Of a DNA stretch of 64,000 nt, positions 10,395 to 18,974 are shown piece after piece (position 1 is the stretch's first letter; every line of letters starts with the position of its first letter). The notes under the pieces are model-generated. The model was not told the DNA's origin. It was given only the letters and a program-made list of their open reading frames with translations, and searched no databases. Position numbers and translations under genes: made by a program. Origin of the DNA: Polyangiaceae bacterium (lineage in GTDB: Bacteria; Myxococcota_A; Polyangia; Polyangiales; Polyangiaceae). The DNA is taken from NCBI GenBank assembly GCA_035063585.1, contig JAPSGB010000002.1, positions 64,001 to 128,000 of the forward strand, in the 5' to 3' direction.

Positions 10395-11027
10395 TCAGCG
10401 CTCGGCGGCGGCGAGGCGAGTGGTCGCCTCGCGCGGAAGCGCGGCGCCTCCGATCGTCCATTTCACCATCGCGCGCGCGGCCCGCTCGTCGCGGGCGGCG
10501 GCGTCCGCGCCCGCCTCGAGAAACGCCGCCCGCGCGGCGGCGCTGCCGCCGACGCCTATGATCGCCATCCCGCAGGTCCTCGAATAGCGCCGAACCGCGT
10601 CGACGAACTCGAGCGCCGCCGGCCCCGTGACACGACCGAGGTGGACGAGCAGGACCTCGTGCTCACCCAAAGCGACGTGCAGCGCGGCGGCGCTCAGCGT
10701 CTGGCACCAGTCGACCTCGAAGCCGCGGAACGCCGCGCGCCAACTCGAGCCGCGTTCACCGGCGCCCGAGATCCCGACGGAGACGACGCGCGGCGGTGCT
10801 CCGCCGAGGAGCGCCGACCCCTCGTAACCGAAGCGACGCATGAATCGCACCGCCTCGGTGCGATGAAAACGGAGGTGACGACCGGCCGTGCGGCGCCCGC
10901 ACAGGTGCCCGCGCTGCACCCAGTTGTGGATCGTCTTGAGATCGACCCCGAGCGCGCGCGCCAAGTCGCCGGACGTGAGCCCCCGTGTGGGTTCAGACCG
11001 CTCGAGACCATTCACCTCACATGCCAT
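10395..11027 (-). CDS. Excisionase/MerR-type HTH protein with a degenerate receiver-like domain
   Basis: LTSGDLARALGVDLKTIHNWVQRG...RTAGRHLRF HTH, followed by receiver-like ...AFLEAGADA. Confidence 0.78.
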   Translation of the reverse strand: MACEVNGLERSEPTRGLTSGDLARALGVDLKTIHNWVQRGHLCGRRTAGRHLRFHRTEAVRFMRRFGYEGSALLGGAPPRVVSVGISGAGERGSSWRAAFRGFEVDWCQTLSAAALHVALGEHEVLLVHLGRVTGPAALEFVDAVRRYSRTCGMAIIGVGGSAAARAAFLEAGADAAARDERAARAMVKWTIGGAALPREATTRLAAAER

Positions 11028-11210
11028 CCGTCCGGCAAGTCTCGGTCACCAGACCACGCGCACGCATCACCCTGCGGGGTGAGCAGACCCCCAAAATACC
11101 AGCGAGATCCCGGCCAGCTTCGCCGATCTCGGCACCTCCGGGTTGACCCCGGGGCCTGGCTCTTGCTCTGCTCTGCCGAAACGCGTGGGTTTGATTTCCG
11201 GAGGCGAGGG

Positions 11211-12791
11211 ATGAGACGACTGGCTCGACGTGGTGCATTTTTCGTTGGCGTGGCGACGCTCGCGCTGGTGAGCGTGCCCGCGCGGGCGTCATCGACGCTC
11301 GAGTTCCCGGACAACGGGGTCGGCGCGTTCTCGCGCGGCGGCGCGTGGCTCGCGACCGCGACCGATCCCATCGCGGGCTTCTACAACCCGGCCGCGCTCT
11401 CGATGCAGCCGACCTCGCTCGGGGTCGGAGCCAACCTCGCGCTCCAGAAGATCTGCTTCACCCGTGAGGGGACCGCGACCAGCCCGGCCACGCCGACGCC
11501 GAGCATCTCTGCCACCTATCCCACGAGCTGCAACGCGAACAGCGGCTCTCCGCAGCTCGTCCCGAACCTCGCCTTCACCTGGCGCGTGAACCGCGAGCTC
11601 GGCGTCGGGCTCACCGTGACGCCACCCGCCGCGTACGGCGCGCTCGCGTGGGACGACACCGCCCCCACCAGGAACCCGCCGTTCGGGACCCAGGAGCTCG
11701 CCTCGGGACAGCGGTACCTGTCCCGCGGAGTGAAGGCGACCGTGCTCTGGCCGACGCTGGCGGCCGGCTACTCGGTCACCGACCGCCTGCACGTCGGCGC
11801 CGGCTTCGTCGCCGGGATCGCGATCCTGGATCTCTCGAGCATGAGCATGTCGCAGGTGTCCCCGAACAGCCTGCGCGACGACGCCATCAACGACACCGCC
11901 AGCAACTTGAAGGTCAAGGACCTCTTTGTGCCGGGGTTCGTCCTGAGCGGGCTCTTCGAGGCGACCGACAACATCGACCTCGCCGCCTGGTATCGCTGGA
12001 GCGACCCCATCCGGGCGAAGGGCGACCTCGAGGTGAAGTCGAGCTACTACGACGCGACCGGCAAGAGGACCGCGCGCCCCACCATCTCGCGCTCCGACGA
12101 CCAGGTCGGTGAAGACGCGGCATCGGTGACGCTCCGCATCCCGATGGAAGCTCGTATCGGCGCGCGCTGGCACATGCCACGCCGCGACGTGACCCCGCTC
12201 GAGCGCGAAGGGCACCGCATCGATCCCTACCCCACGCGCGACCCGCTGCGCGACGACCTCTATGACGTGGAGCTCGATCTCAGCTGGACCAACACCGGCG
12301 CGAACCAGGCCATCGAGGTGCGCTTCCCGGAGGATCCGAGCCACCCGGGTCAGTCGCGCATCGCGGTCGCCAACCTCGGCTTCGTGCCCGCCAACGCGGA
12401 CGTCCTCACGGGGTATCGTGACACCTTCGGCGCCCGCCTCGGCGGACAGTACAACGTCCTCGGCAATAGGCTCGGCATCCGCCTCGGGACGTGGATGGAG
12501 ACCTCGGCCACCGACGCGGAGCATCTCACGGTCACCGGCGTGCCGGCGTTTCGCGCGGGCGTCGGCGGCGGCGCGGTGTTCCGCGTCGGCATGGTAGACC
12601 TCGAGGCCGGCTACCAGCACCACTTCAACGCGGGGTTCGACAACGGCGGCAACGGGAAACTCCACGCGGTCGCCGCCCTCGACACCAGCGCGAGCCCGAA
12701 CTTCGACTACCGCTCGTATCACGCGGTAAACGGCGGCAAGGTCACCCAGTCGGCGAACGTGTTCGCGGTGGGCGGCGTGGTTCGCTTCTGA
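11211..12791 (+). CDS. FadL/OMPP1-like outer-membrane beta-barrel transporter
   Basis: Signal peptide ending ARA; RGGAWLATATDPIAGFYNPAAL (FadL-like N-terminus); C-terminal Phe. Confidence 0.75.
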   Translation: MRRLARRGAFFVGVATLALVSVPARASSTLEFPDNGVGAFSRGGAWLATATDPIAGFYNPAALSMQPTSLGVGANLALQKICFTREGTATSPATPTPSISATYPTSCNANSGSPQLVPNLAFTWRVNRELGVGLTVTPPAAYGALAWDDTAPTRNPPFGTQELASGQRYLSRGVKATVLWPTLAAGYSVTDRLHVGAGFVAGIAILDLSSMSMSQVSPNSLRDDAINDTASNLKVKDLFVPGFVLSGLFEATDNIDLAAWYRWSDPIRAKGDLEVKSSYYDATGKRTARPTISRSDDQVGEDAASVTLRIPMEARIGARWHMPRRDVTPLEREGHRIDPYPTRDPLRDDLYDVELDLSWTNTGANQAIEVRFPEDPSHPGQSRIAVANLGFVPANADVLTGYRDTFGARLGGQYNVLGNRLGIRLGTWMETSATDAEHLTVTGVPAFRAGVGGGAVFRVGMVDLEAGYQHHFNAGFDNGGNGKLHAVAALDTSASPNFDYRSYHAVNGGKVTQSANVFAVGGVVRF

Positions 12792-12893
12792 AGCGGCTCG
12801 CGGCGCCGCGGGCGGCTCGCTCGAACGTGTTCGCGGTGAGCGGCGTGGTTCGCTTCTGAAGCGGCCCGCGGCGCCGCGGGCGGGCTCGCTCGA
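12754..12893 (+). repeat. Tandem duplication (68-bp period) spanning the stop codon of the barrel gene
   Basis: cgaacgtgttcgcggtg(g/a)gcggcgtggttcgcttctgaagcggc(t/c)cgcggcgccgcgggcgg(g)ctcgct at 12754 and 12822. Confidence 0.9.
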
Positions 12894-12998
12894 CCGGGCC
12901 CGCGCAGGCCGCGCACCGCCCCTCCCCAAGAAACCCGAACGCGACCCGGTCACCCGGAGCGCCAGGGCGCCCAGCCTCGCAGTCAGGACGCTACACGC

Positions 12999-13038
12999 AA
13001 AAAAACCGAAGGCGACCCGGTCGCCCGGATCGCCTTCG
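12999..13038 (-). terminator. Rho-independent terminator
   Basis: Minus strand CGAAGGCGAUCCGG-GCGA-CCGGGUCGCCUUCG followed by GUUUUUUU: a 14-bp stem with one G-U pair, a GNRA loop and a U7 tract. Confidence 0.85.
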
Positions 13039-14822
13039 TGGAAGCTCTCTTGTCGGTGGTGGACGCGCGAGCGCCCACGCAGTGCTGCTGTTCACCGACC
13101 CCGTGGTCTCGCCTGCCGGCGCGACCACGACATCATCTCGAGAATGTGGGCTCCAAGACCTCCAGACCCGCCGAGTACGCGCTCGGCTCGGTCTGGCGAT
13201 GGTGGACGAGGTGTTGGCTCGTTCCAGCTTCGATCGACGTGGTGCCGCCGCGCCGTCGCGTCCCACTCGTCGTGGTCGCGGGCGCCGACCCCTCGCGCCG
13301 GTCCGGCTGGAGGAGCCTTGGCGATCATACGCCGCTCTCTGGCGTTCGAGTGTCGCTCGCGAGGCACCGCCCCACGGCTCCACACCGCGCGACGGCTGAC
13401 ACCGAGCAGCCGCGCCTGCCGCTTGCGCGACCGGTTCGCTCCTCGTGCATTGACCTCGTAAGCCCGGATCGTGTGAACGCTCGCCTGGTTTAGGGGCGAT
13501 CGCCACGGCGATCCCGAACGCCTGTCGTCGTGTCCTCGTCCCGCGGATTCTCACCGCGAGTCAGCGCCACCTCTCGAGAGTATCTGCCCGAGAAAGAGGC
13601 GCCGTGCACCCGTTCGCCCAACCTGCTCCGCGACGCCTCGTCAAAGGCCGCCTCGGCTGGAGTTCGGCTAGAAGGCTCGCTGCCCGACCTCACGGTCGAA
13701 CACCGAACACCCAAAGATGCTTCGGACCGACTGCTGCAACCCACATTTCAAAGAAGAGCACCCGCGCGCCGCATGGCGACCGACTCACTTCGAGGCATAC
13801 GCCCCGGTTCGCCGGTGGACTCTCGGCTTCACGACCTCGAGCCCGCTTCGGCCAGCTGGCTCACCCGATGCACCGGACGTTGTCTTTCCGGAGCACACGG
13901 GAGAGGGCTGGACCTCTGATGTTCCGTCACCACCCAGCCCGACGAGGCACCTCTCGGCCCCGCGCCGGACTCGGCGATCTAGACCAGCTCCACCGGCCTC
14001 CGTGAAGAGAGCCGGATCCGTTGGACCGGAACACCTGTCACCGACAGGGAGCTCCACTCGGAGCCCTTGGCGCGACCGCCCGCGTCTCCGCGATCGCCGC
14101 ACCGCCGCCGTCCTTTCACGGCGATACGACTCCTCGTATCGCCGTTAGGCCCCGTCCGCCGACCCCAGCCGCAACCGGGGAGAGCATGCGCGAGCCAGAC
14201 GCCGCCTGCCGATTCCTGCTTGCCAAACACGACCCGCGAGCACACCGCGAATGGGAGGACCTCGCCGGAGAGCGCGTTTTCTTCGCTCTCCGATGACCCG
14301 ACACCGAGGCGCTGGGTCCGCGAGCGGCGCTCTTCCGAGCCGAGGCTCGGGACGGCGCTCGAGAGCGCCATCACGCCGGTCGAGGAGAGCCCGACCTGGC
14401 GTGCGCGCAGCGGCGCAGAGGCTAGCTCGAGCGTTTCCTCGGACACCCATCGTCACCGGCGCGCCTTCAGCAAACCCTGGAGCGGTCTGCGAGCGGGCGC
14501 ATCAGTCGAGGTCCCCTTCCCCGCCTTCGCGCGAACGAAAGCGCTTCCGAAGAACCTGGGTGCCTTCGATCGTCAGTGAGCTCCGCGGAGGAGAAATCCT
14601 CCGGAGGGAGCCGTCAGCCTCGCGTCACCCGAGAGTGAGCGAGCCCGAACGCGCCACTTGCGAACCGACCATCCACGGCTCCTTGACGGGAGCCGCCGAC
14701 GTTCGGCCGGTGACTGCCCCGCTCCGATTGGCTCATGACCGAATCGATGCGGCGCATCACTAGCGCCCCTGACGACCTCTACGAACGTTCCATTCGACAG
14801 CAGATGTGCCGCGAACTTCCAG
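13039..14822 (-). ncRNA. Candidate ~1.8-kb structured non-coding RNA of unassigned class
   Basis: No protein-like ORF. Lies between a promoter and a terminator on the same strand, has a 5'/3' closing helix, more than 15 hairpins visible by eye and an internal duplicated motif. Confidence 0.65.
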
Positions 14823-14827
14823 CTCCA

Positions 14828-14885
14828 TTCATAGCCTCTTTCCGCCACACAATCAAGCAACAAATACAGATTTTTCTTGAAATTC
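14828..14885 (-). promoter_or_regulatory. Sigma70-type promoter with AT-rich UP-like element
   Basis: Minus strand TTGATT (14856-14851), 17-bp spacer, TATGAA (14833-14828); AT-rich tract 14861-14885 in a GC-rich genome. Confidence 0.65.
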
Positions 14886-14894
14886 TTATCCACA
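14886..14894 (+). promoter_or_regulatory. Perfect DnaA box
   Basis: TTATCCACA matches the consensus TTWTNCACA. Confidence 0.55.
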
Positions 14895-15150
14895 GGTTCT
14901 CCGCAATCTCGCGTCACGATAGACGCGCTCGCTTACGCGAGCTCCCGCGCCGCAAGGGGTGATTACCAACCCATGATTCGACGCCAGAATCCACGCCCGC
15001 GGTAGTCGACGGTTCAGCCACGACGTCTGTGCTGTTTGCTGCTCGCATCACTCGGATGCTCGAGAGCCCGATGACTCGCAGTCGCTCGCCGCGCTCGACC
15101 TCGCGCGCGGTCGTCTGCTACGGAGGGATCCTCAACGCAAGGAGAGCACC

Positions 15151-15348
15151 TTGGCGATCGATCTCGAGTCCCTGAAGACCGAACGCGACCGACTGAAGGA
15201 GTCGCTGCGAGAGCTCGAAGTCGAGCAACGCAGAGTCGAGACCGAGCTCAAGAGCCTTCGACAGCGCGAGATCCAGACCAAGCGCGAGCTCGAGGCGCTG
15301 GCGACGCTCATCGAGCTCCATGACGAGCGCTCCGCGTCCGGCGCGTAG
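15151..15348 (+). CDS. Small coiled-coil protein (65 aa)
   Basis: AAGGAG RBS before a TTG start; heptad-patterned, E/K/R/L-rich sequence. Confidence 0.75.
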   Translation: MAIDLESLKTERDRLKESLRELEVEQRRVETELKSLRQREIQTKRELEALATLIELHDERSASGA

Positions 15349-15371
15349 CGACCCGCGGCGGGCGCCGCGCC

Positions 15372-17504
15372 TCAATCGAGCAGCGATGCGCCGGCGGCGG
15401 CCCTCGCGGTGAGGAGCGCGCTCGGGCTGAAGAGCGCCGAGCCGGTCCGCTCGTGAAAGCGAGCGAGCGCGTCGCGGACCGCGCGCGCGCCGAATCCGTC
15501 GGCCCACTTCATCGGGCCACCGCGGTAGTCCGGGAAGCCCATGCCGAGGATGGCGGCGACGTCCACGTCACTCGCGCGCACGACGGCGCCTTCGTCGAGC
15601 GCGCGACACGCCTCGTTCACGACACCGAAGACGAGCATCTTCACGATCTCATCGTCGGTGACCTCGAGCGGTGGCGGCTCGCCCGCCAAGCGGCGTGCTT
15701 CGGCGACGAAGCGGTCGAGCGCCGGGTCGCGCTCCGCGCGCCCGTCCTCGTGGCGATAGTGCCCAGCGCCGCTCTTGTCGCCGAGACGCCCCGCATCGAC
15801 GAGCAGCTGCCGCAACGCCGAGCGATACGCGCCGTCTGGATACGCGGCGTCGAGGACGCGCGCGGCTGCGACGCTCACGTCGAGCCCCGCGAGATCTCCC
15901 ATCCGGTTCGGGCCCATCGGCATCCCGAACGCGTAGAGCGCGTCGTCGATGCGATACGGGTGGACGCCGCGATCGATGAGGAGCCCACACGCCTGCCCGT
16001 AGCGCATGAAGATCCGATTGACGAGGAACCCCGGGCAGCTCCTGACGGTGACCGCCGTCTTCTTGAGCCGCTTCACGAGCTCGAGCGCGTCCACGAGCGC
16101 ACGCGGCGACGTCTCTCGGGTCCGTACCACCTCGACGAGCCGCATGACCTGCGCGGGGCTGAAGAAGTGCAGGCCGAGCGTGCGGGGCCCTGCTTGGGTG
16201 CCCGCCGACACCGTCGCAAGCTCGATGGTCGAGGTGTTGGTCGCGAGGATGCACTCCGAGCTCGTGTGCGCCTCGAGTTCCTGGAAGAGCTGCTGCTTGA
16301 GCTCGACGGACTCGCTGGCGGCCTCGATGACCAGCGCGAGCGCGTCGAAGCCGTCGTACGAGGTCTGGCCGGTCAGACGCGAGCCCGCGCGGCGCGCCTC
16401 GTCGTCCGAGAGGCGACCCTTGGCGGCGTCGCGCTCGAGGTTCGCGCGCACGCGCGCGAGCGCCGCCTCGGCGCGCTCGTCCGTGGCCTCCTTGATGATG
16501 ACCTCGACCCCCGCGCGGACCAGCGCCGTCGCGATGCCGGAGCCCATGGTGCCCCCGCCGAGCACGCCGACCCGCCCGAGCGCGCGCGGCGCGGGGCCGG
16601 CGTCGGTGACGCCGGGCACCTTGGCGGCGGCGCGAGTGGCGAAGAACACGTGGAGCTTGCCCCGTGCCGCCTCGCTCGAGAGGAGCCTCAGGAACTCGGC
16701 GCGCTCGCGGGCGAGACCTGCCTCGGCGCCGAGCAGCGCGCCCTCCTCGATCGCGTCGAGGCACGCGCCCGGGTAGTCGACGTTGCGAAGCTTTCGCCGC
16801 GTGTCGGCCCGTGCCCGCGCGATGAGCGCGCGGATCTCATCGGGCGGCGCGAGCCGCTCGGTGAGCGTGAGGGTTCGGCGCCGCGTGACGGCCCCGGTGG
16901 CGAGCGAGCGGGCGAGCTCGCGCGCTCGCTCGCGGAGCGCCGCCTCGCCGACCAGGTCGTCGAGCAGCCCGAGGGCGCGCGCCTCGACGGCGCCGATGGG
17001 AGCACCGCCGAGCATCATCTCCACGGCTTTCTCCACGCCGACCAGTCGCGGTAGCCGCTGGGTCCCGCCAGCCCCGGGGATGAGCCCGAGGTTCAGCTCG
17101 GGCAAGCCGAGCCGGCAGCGCGCGGTGCCGACGCGCGCGGCGCACGCCATCGCGAGCTCGAGACCACCGCCGAGCGCGAAGCCGTCGATGGCCGCGACGC
17201 TGGGCTTCGGGCCCTGCTCGAGCCGGGCGACGAGCGCCGGGAGCGAGGGTGTGCCGCTCGGCGGCGAGGGTTCGAGCGTGCCGGCAGCGATCCGCTCGAG
17301 GCGCGAGAGGTCCGCCCCGGCGATGAACTTGTCGCCGTGGCCCGTGACGACCAGCGCGGAGATGGAGGGCTCCGCGTCGAGCTCGTCGAGCGCCTCGGAG
17401 AGCGCCGCGAGCACCGGCGCGCCGAGCGCGTTGACCGGCGGATTGTCGATGATGAGCGTAGCGACGTCGTGCTCGCGCTCGACACGCACCACGGGCGACT
17501 TCAT
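15372..17504 (-). CDS. Multifunctional enoyl-CoA hydratase / 3-hydroxyacyl-CoA dehydrogenase (FadB/FadJ-like)
   Basis: DNPPVNAL, FIAGADL, ALGGGLELA, PGAGGTQRLPRL, GGGTMGSGIA, ATNTST, GLHFFSPA and PGFLVNR. An alternative start lies at 17516. Confidence 0.92.
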   Translation of the reverse strand: MKSPVVRVEREHDVATLIIDNPPVNALGAPVLAALSEALDELDAEPSISALVVTGHGDKFIAGADLSRLERIAAGTLEPSPPSGTPSLPALVARLEQGPKPSVAAIDGFALGGGLELAMACAARVGTARCRLGLPELNLGLIPGAGGTQRLPRLVGVEKAVEMMLGGAPIGAVEARALGLLDDLVGEAALRERARELARSLATGAVTRRRTLTLTERLAPPDEIRALIARARADTRRKLRNVDYPGACLDAIEEGALLGAEAGLARERAEFLRLLSSEAARGKLHVFFATRAAAKVPGVTDAGPAPRALGRVGVLGGGTMGSGIATALVRAGVEVIIKEATDERAEAALARVRANLERDAAKGRLSDDEARRAGSRLTGQTSYDGFDALALVIEAASESVELKQQLFQELEAHTSSECILATNTSTIELATVSAGTQAGPRTLGLHFFSPAQVMRLVEVVRTRETSPRALVDALELVKRLKKTAVTVRSCPGFLVNRIFMRYGQACGLLIDRGVHPYRIDDALYAFGMPMGPNRMGDLAGLDVSVAAARVLDAAYPDGAYRSALRQLLVDAGRLGDKSGAGHYRHEDGRAERDPALDRFVAEARRLAGEPPPLEVTDDEIVKMLVFGVVNEACRALDEGAVVRASDVDVAAILGMGFPDYRGGPMKWADGFGARAVRDALARFHERTGSALFSPSALLTARAAAGASLLD

Positions 17505-17550
17505 GCTCGGGTCCATACACCGGGCAGCGCGGGTCGCGTATGCTGCTCGC

Positions 17551-18900
17551 ATGCGTGTCGCGCCGCTGCTCGTCGGAGCGCTGCTCTTCGCGGCGGGCTG
17601 CCGCGAGCCCGCTCCGACGCCGGGTGCATCGCAGCCCGGAGTCCTCGCCCAGCCCCCGCGGCGAGCGGCGGGCGAGCCGAAGGCGCCGGGGATCTCTGGA
17701 GAGACAGTCCGGCTGACCGCGCGCCACGCCTCGGGCGTCCCGCTTCACGCAGCGCCAGGAGACTCGGGCGTCTCCGCCCGGCTGGCCGACGGAACCTCTG
17801 CGCGGGTGCTCAGCCGCGCCCAGGACGGGCAGTGGCTGGAGATCACCACCGAAGCGGGCGAGCGTGGCTGGATCACCCGCCGCTACGTAGCCGCCGAGAC
17901 GAGCCCGGCCCTGCCTCGCGCCGAGCCGACATCCCCCTCCTCACCTTCAAGCTCGGCGTTTCGGTCGCGAGCCGACTGTCTGCGCGCGCTCGGCGCCGGC
18001 GAACGCCTCCCGCGCGCGACCGGTACGGCGCGGCTCGGGACCTGGAACCTGCGCTGGTTCCCGGACGGGAGGCCTGGGACGCGACCGAAGGAAGGGCAGG
18101 GCCAGGACCTCGAGTGGCTCGCCTGCTCCATCGCCTGGCTCGGCGTGGACGCGCTCGCGGTGCAGGAGATCAAGCGTTACCCGGGAGCGCGGGAGCGCGC
18201 AGCCGAGCTCATCGCCCGGCTCGACGTCCACACGAAGGGCGCCTGGCAACTCAGGCTCGACGATTGCCCGAACGACGCGGTGCAGCACGTCGGGATTCTC
18301 TATGATGCGAGGAAGGTTCGCGCGGGGGACTTCGAGACGTACGGCGCGCTGAACCCGCATGGGGAGGCCTGCGCTGGAAGCCTCCGCCCGGGCTTTGGGG
18401 CCTACCTCCGCTGGCCACGCGGCCTCGATCTCACGTTCGTGAGCGTGCACCTGAAGAGTGGGCCTGGCGCTCGTGACGCCGAGCTGCGCCGGCGCTCGAT
18501 TGCATCCTTCGGGACGGTCGTCGACCAGATCCACGCGAACCGCCGGGACGCCGACGTGGTGTTCGCCGGAGACTTCAACACGATGGGCTGCGAGAGTTGT
18601 CGCCCGTCCCTGACTTCCGCCTCTGAAATCGACGACTTGCCGCTCGCAGCCGCGCTCCACCGGGTGCCCGCGGAGGGCTCCTGCTCGGAGTACTACGATG
18701 GCCGCGGCGGGCTGCTCGATCACTTCGTGGTGACGAGCGCCCTGAGAACCCTGAGCCGTGGCGGGGGCGCGCGCGTCTCGGGGTTCTGCGCCGCGGCGGC
18801 CTGCGAGAGCCTCCCGCGCCGCCGAATGCCCGAGGCGTACACGGAGCTCAGCGACCACTGTCCACTCATACTCGATCTCGATGACCGGACTCGGGACTGA
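17551..18900 (+). CDS. SH3-like + endonuclease/exonuclease/phosphatase (EEP) lipoprotein
   Basis: Lipobox AAGC; WLEI...GERGWI (SH3b-like); TWNLRWF, AVQEI, VHLKS, GDFN, LDHF and SDHCP. Confidence 0.85.
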   Translation: MRVAPLLVGALLFAAGCREPAPTPGASQPGVLAQPPRRAAGEPKAPGISGETVRLTARHASGVPLHAAPGDSGVSARLADGTSARVLSRAQDGQWLEITTEAGERGWITRRYVAAETSPALPRAEPTSPSSPSSSAFRSRADCLRALGAGERLPRATGTARLGTWNLRWFPDGRPGTRPKEGQGQDLEWLACSIAWLGVDALAVQEIKRYPGARERAAELIARLDVHTKGAWQLRLDDCPNDAVQHVGILYDARKVRAGDFETYGALNPHGEACAGSLRPGFGAYLRWPRGLDLTFVSVHLKSGPGARDAELRRRSIASFGTVVDQIHANRRDADVVFAGDFNTMGCESCRPSLTSASEIDDLPLAAALHRVPAEGSCSEYYDGRGGLLDHFVVTSALRTLSRGGGARVSGFCAAAACESLPRRRMPEAYTELSDHCPLILDLDDRTRD

Positions 18901-18974
18901 ACGAACGGCGATGAGCCTCCGGAAGTTCGCTGGGGGCTTGCCGCAAGAAGGGGTTGTCGAGCTAAGCTTGCGGC

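Noticed and set aside
12754..12893. CRISPR array
   Set aside because: Only two adjacent copies with no unique spacer and no cas genes; other repeats in the window are intragenic.
13039..14822. Group II intron, rRNA, RNase P or tmRNA identity for the gap
   Set aside because: GAGCCG occurs on the minus strand near 13380 and 14681 but is not followed by a domain V hairpin. There is no RT ORF, and I saw no rRNA universal motifs, no GAGGAAAGUCC and no tRNA-like tmRNA ends. An Rfam search is still needed.
12991..14962. About 15 overlapping ORFs of 60-190 aa in the large gap
   Set aside because: They have low-complexity Arg/Ser/Pro/Gly composition, no recognisable motifs and no convincing RBS, as expected by chance in high-GC DNA.
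14860..15150. Replication origin (oriC)
   Set aside because: Only one clear DnaA box, and no dnaA, dnaN or gidA nearby.
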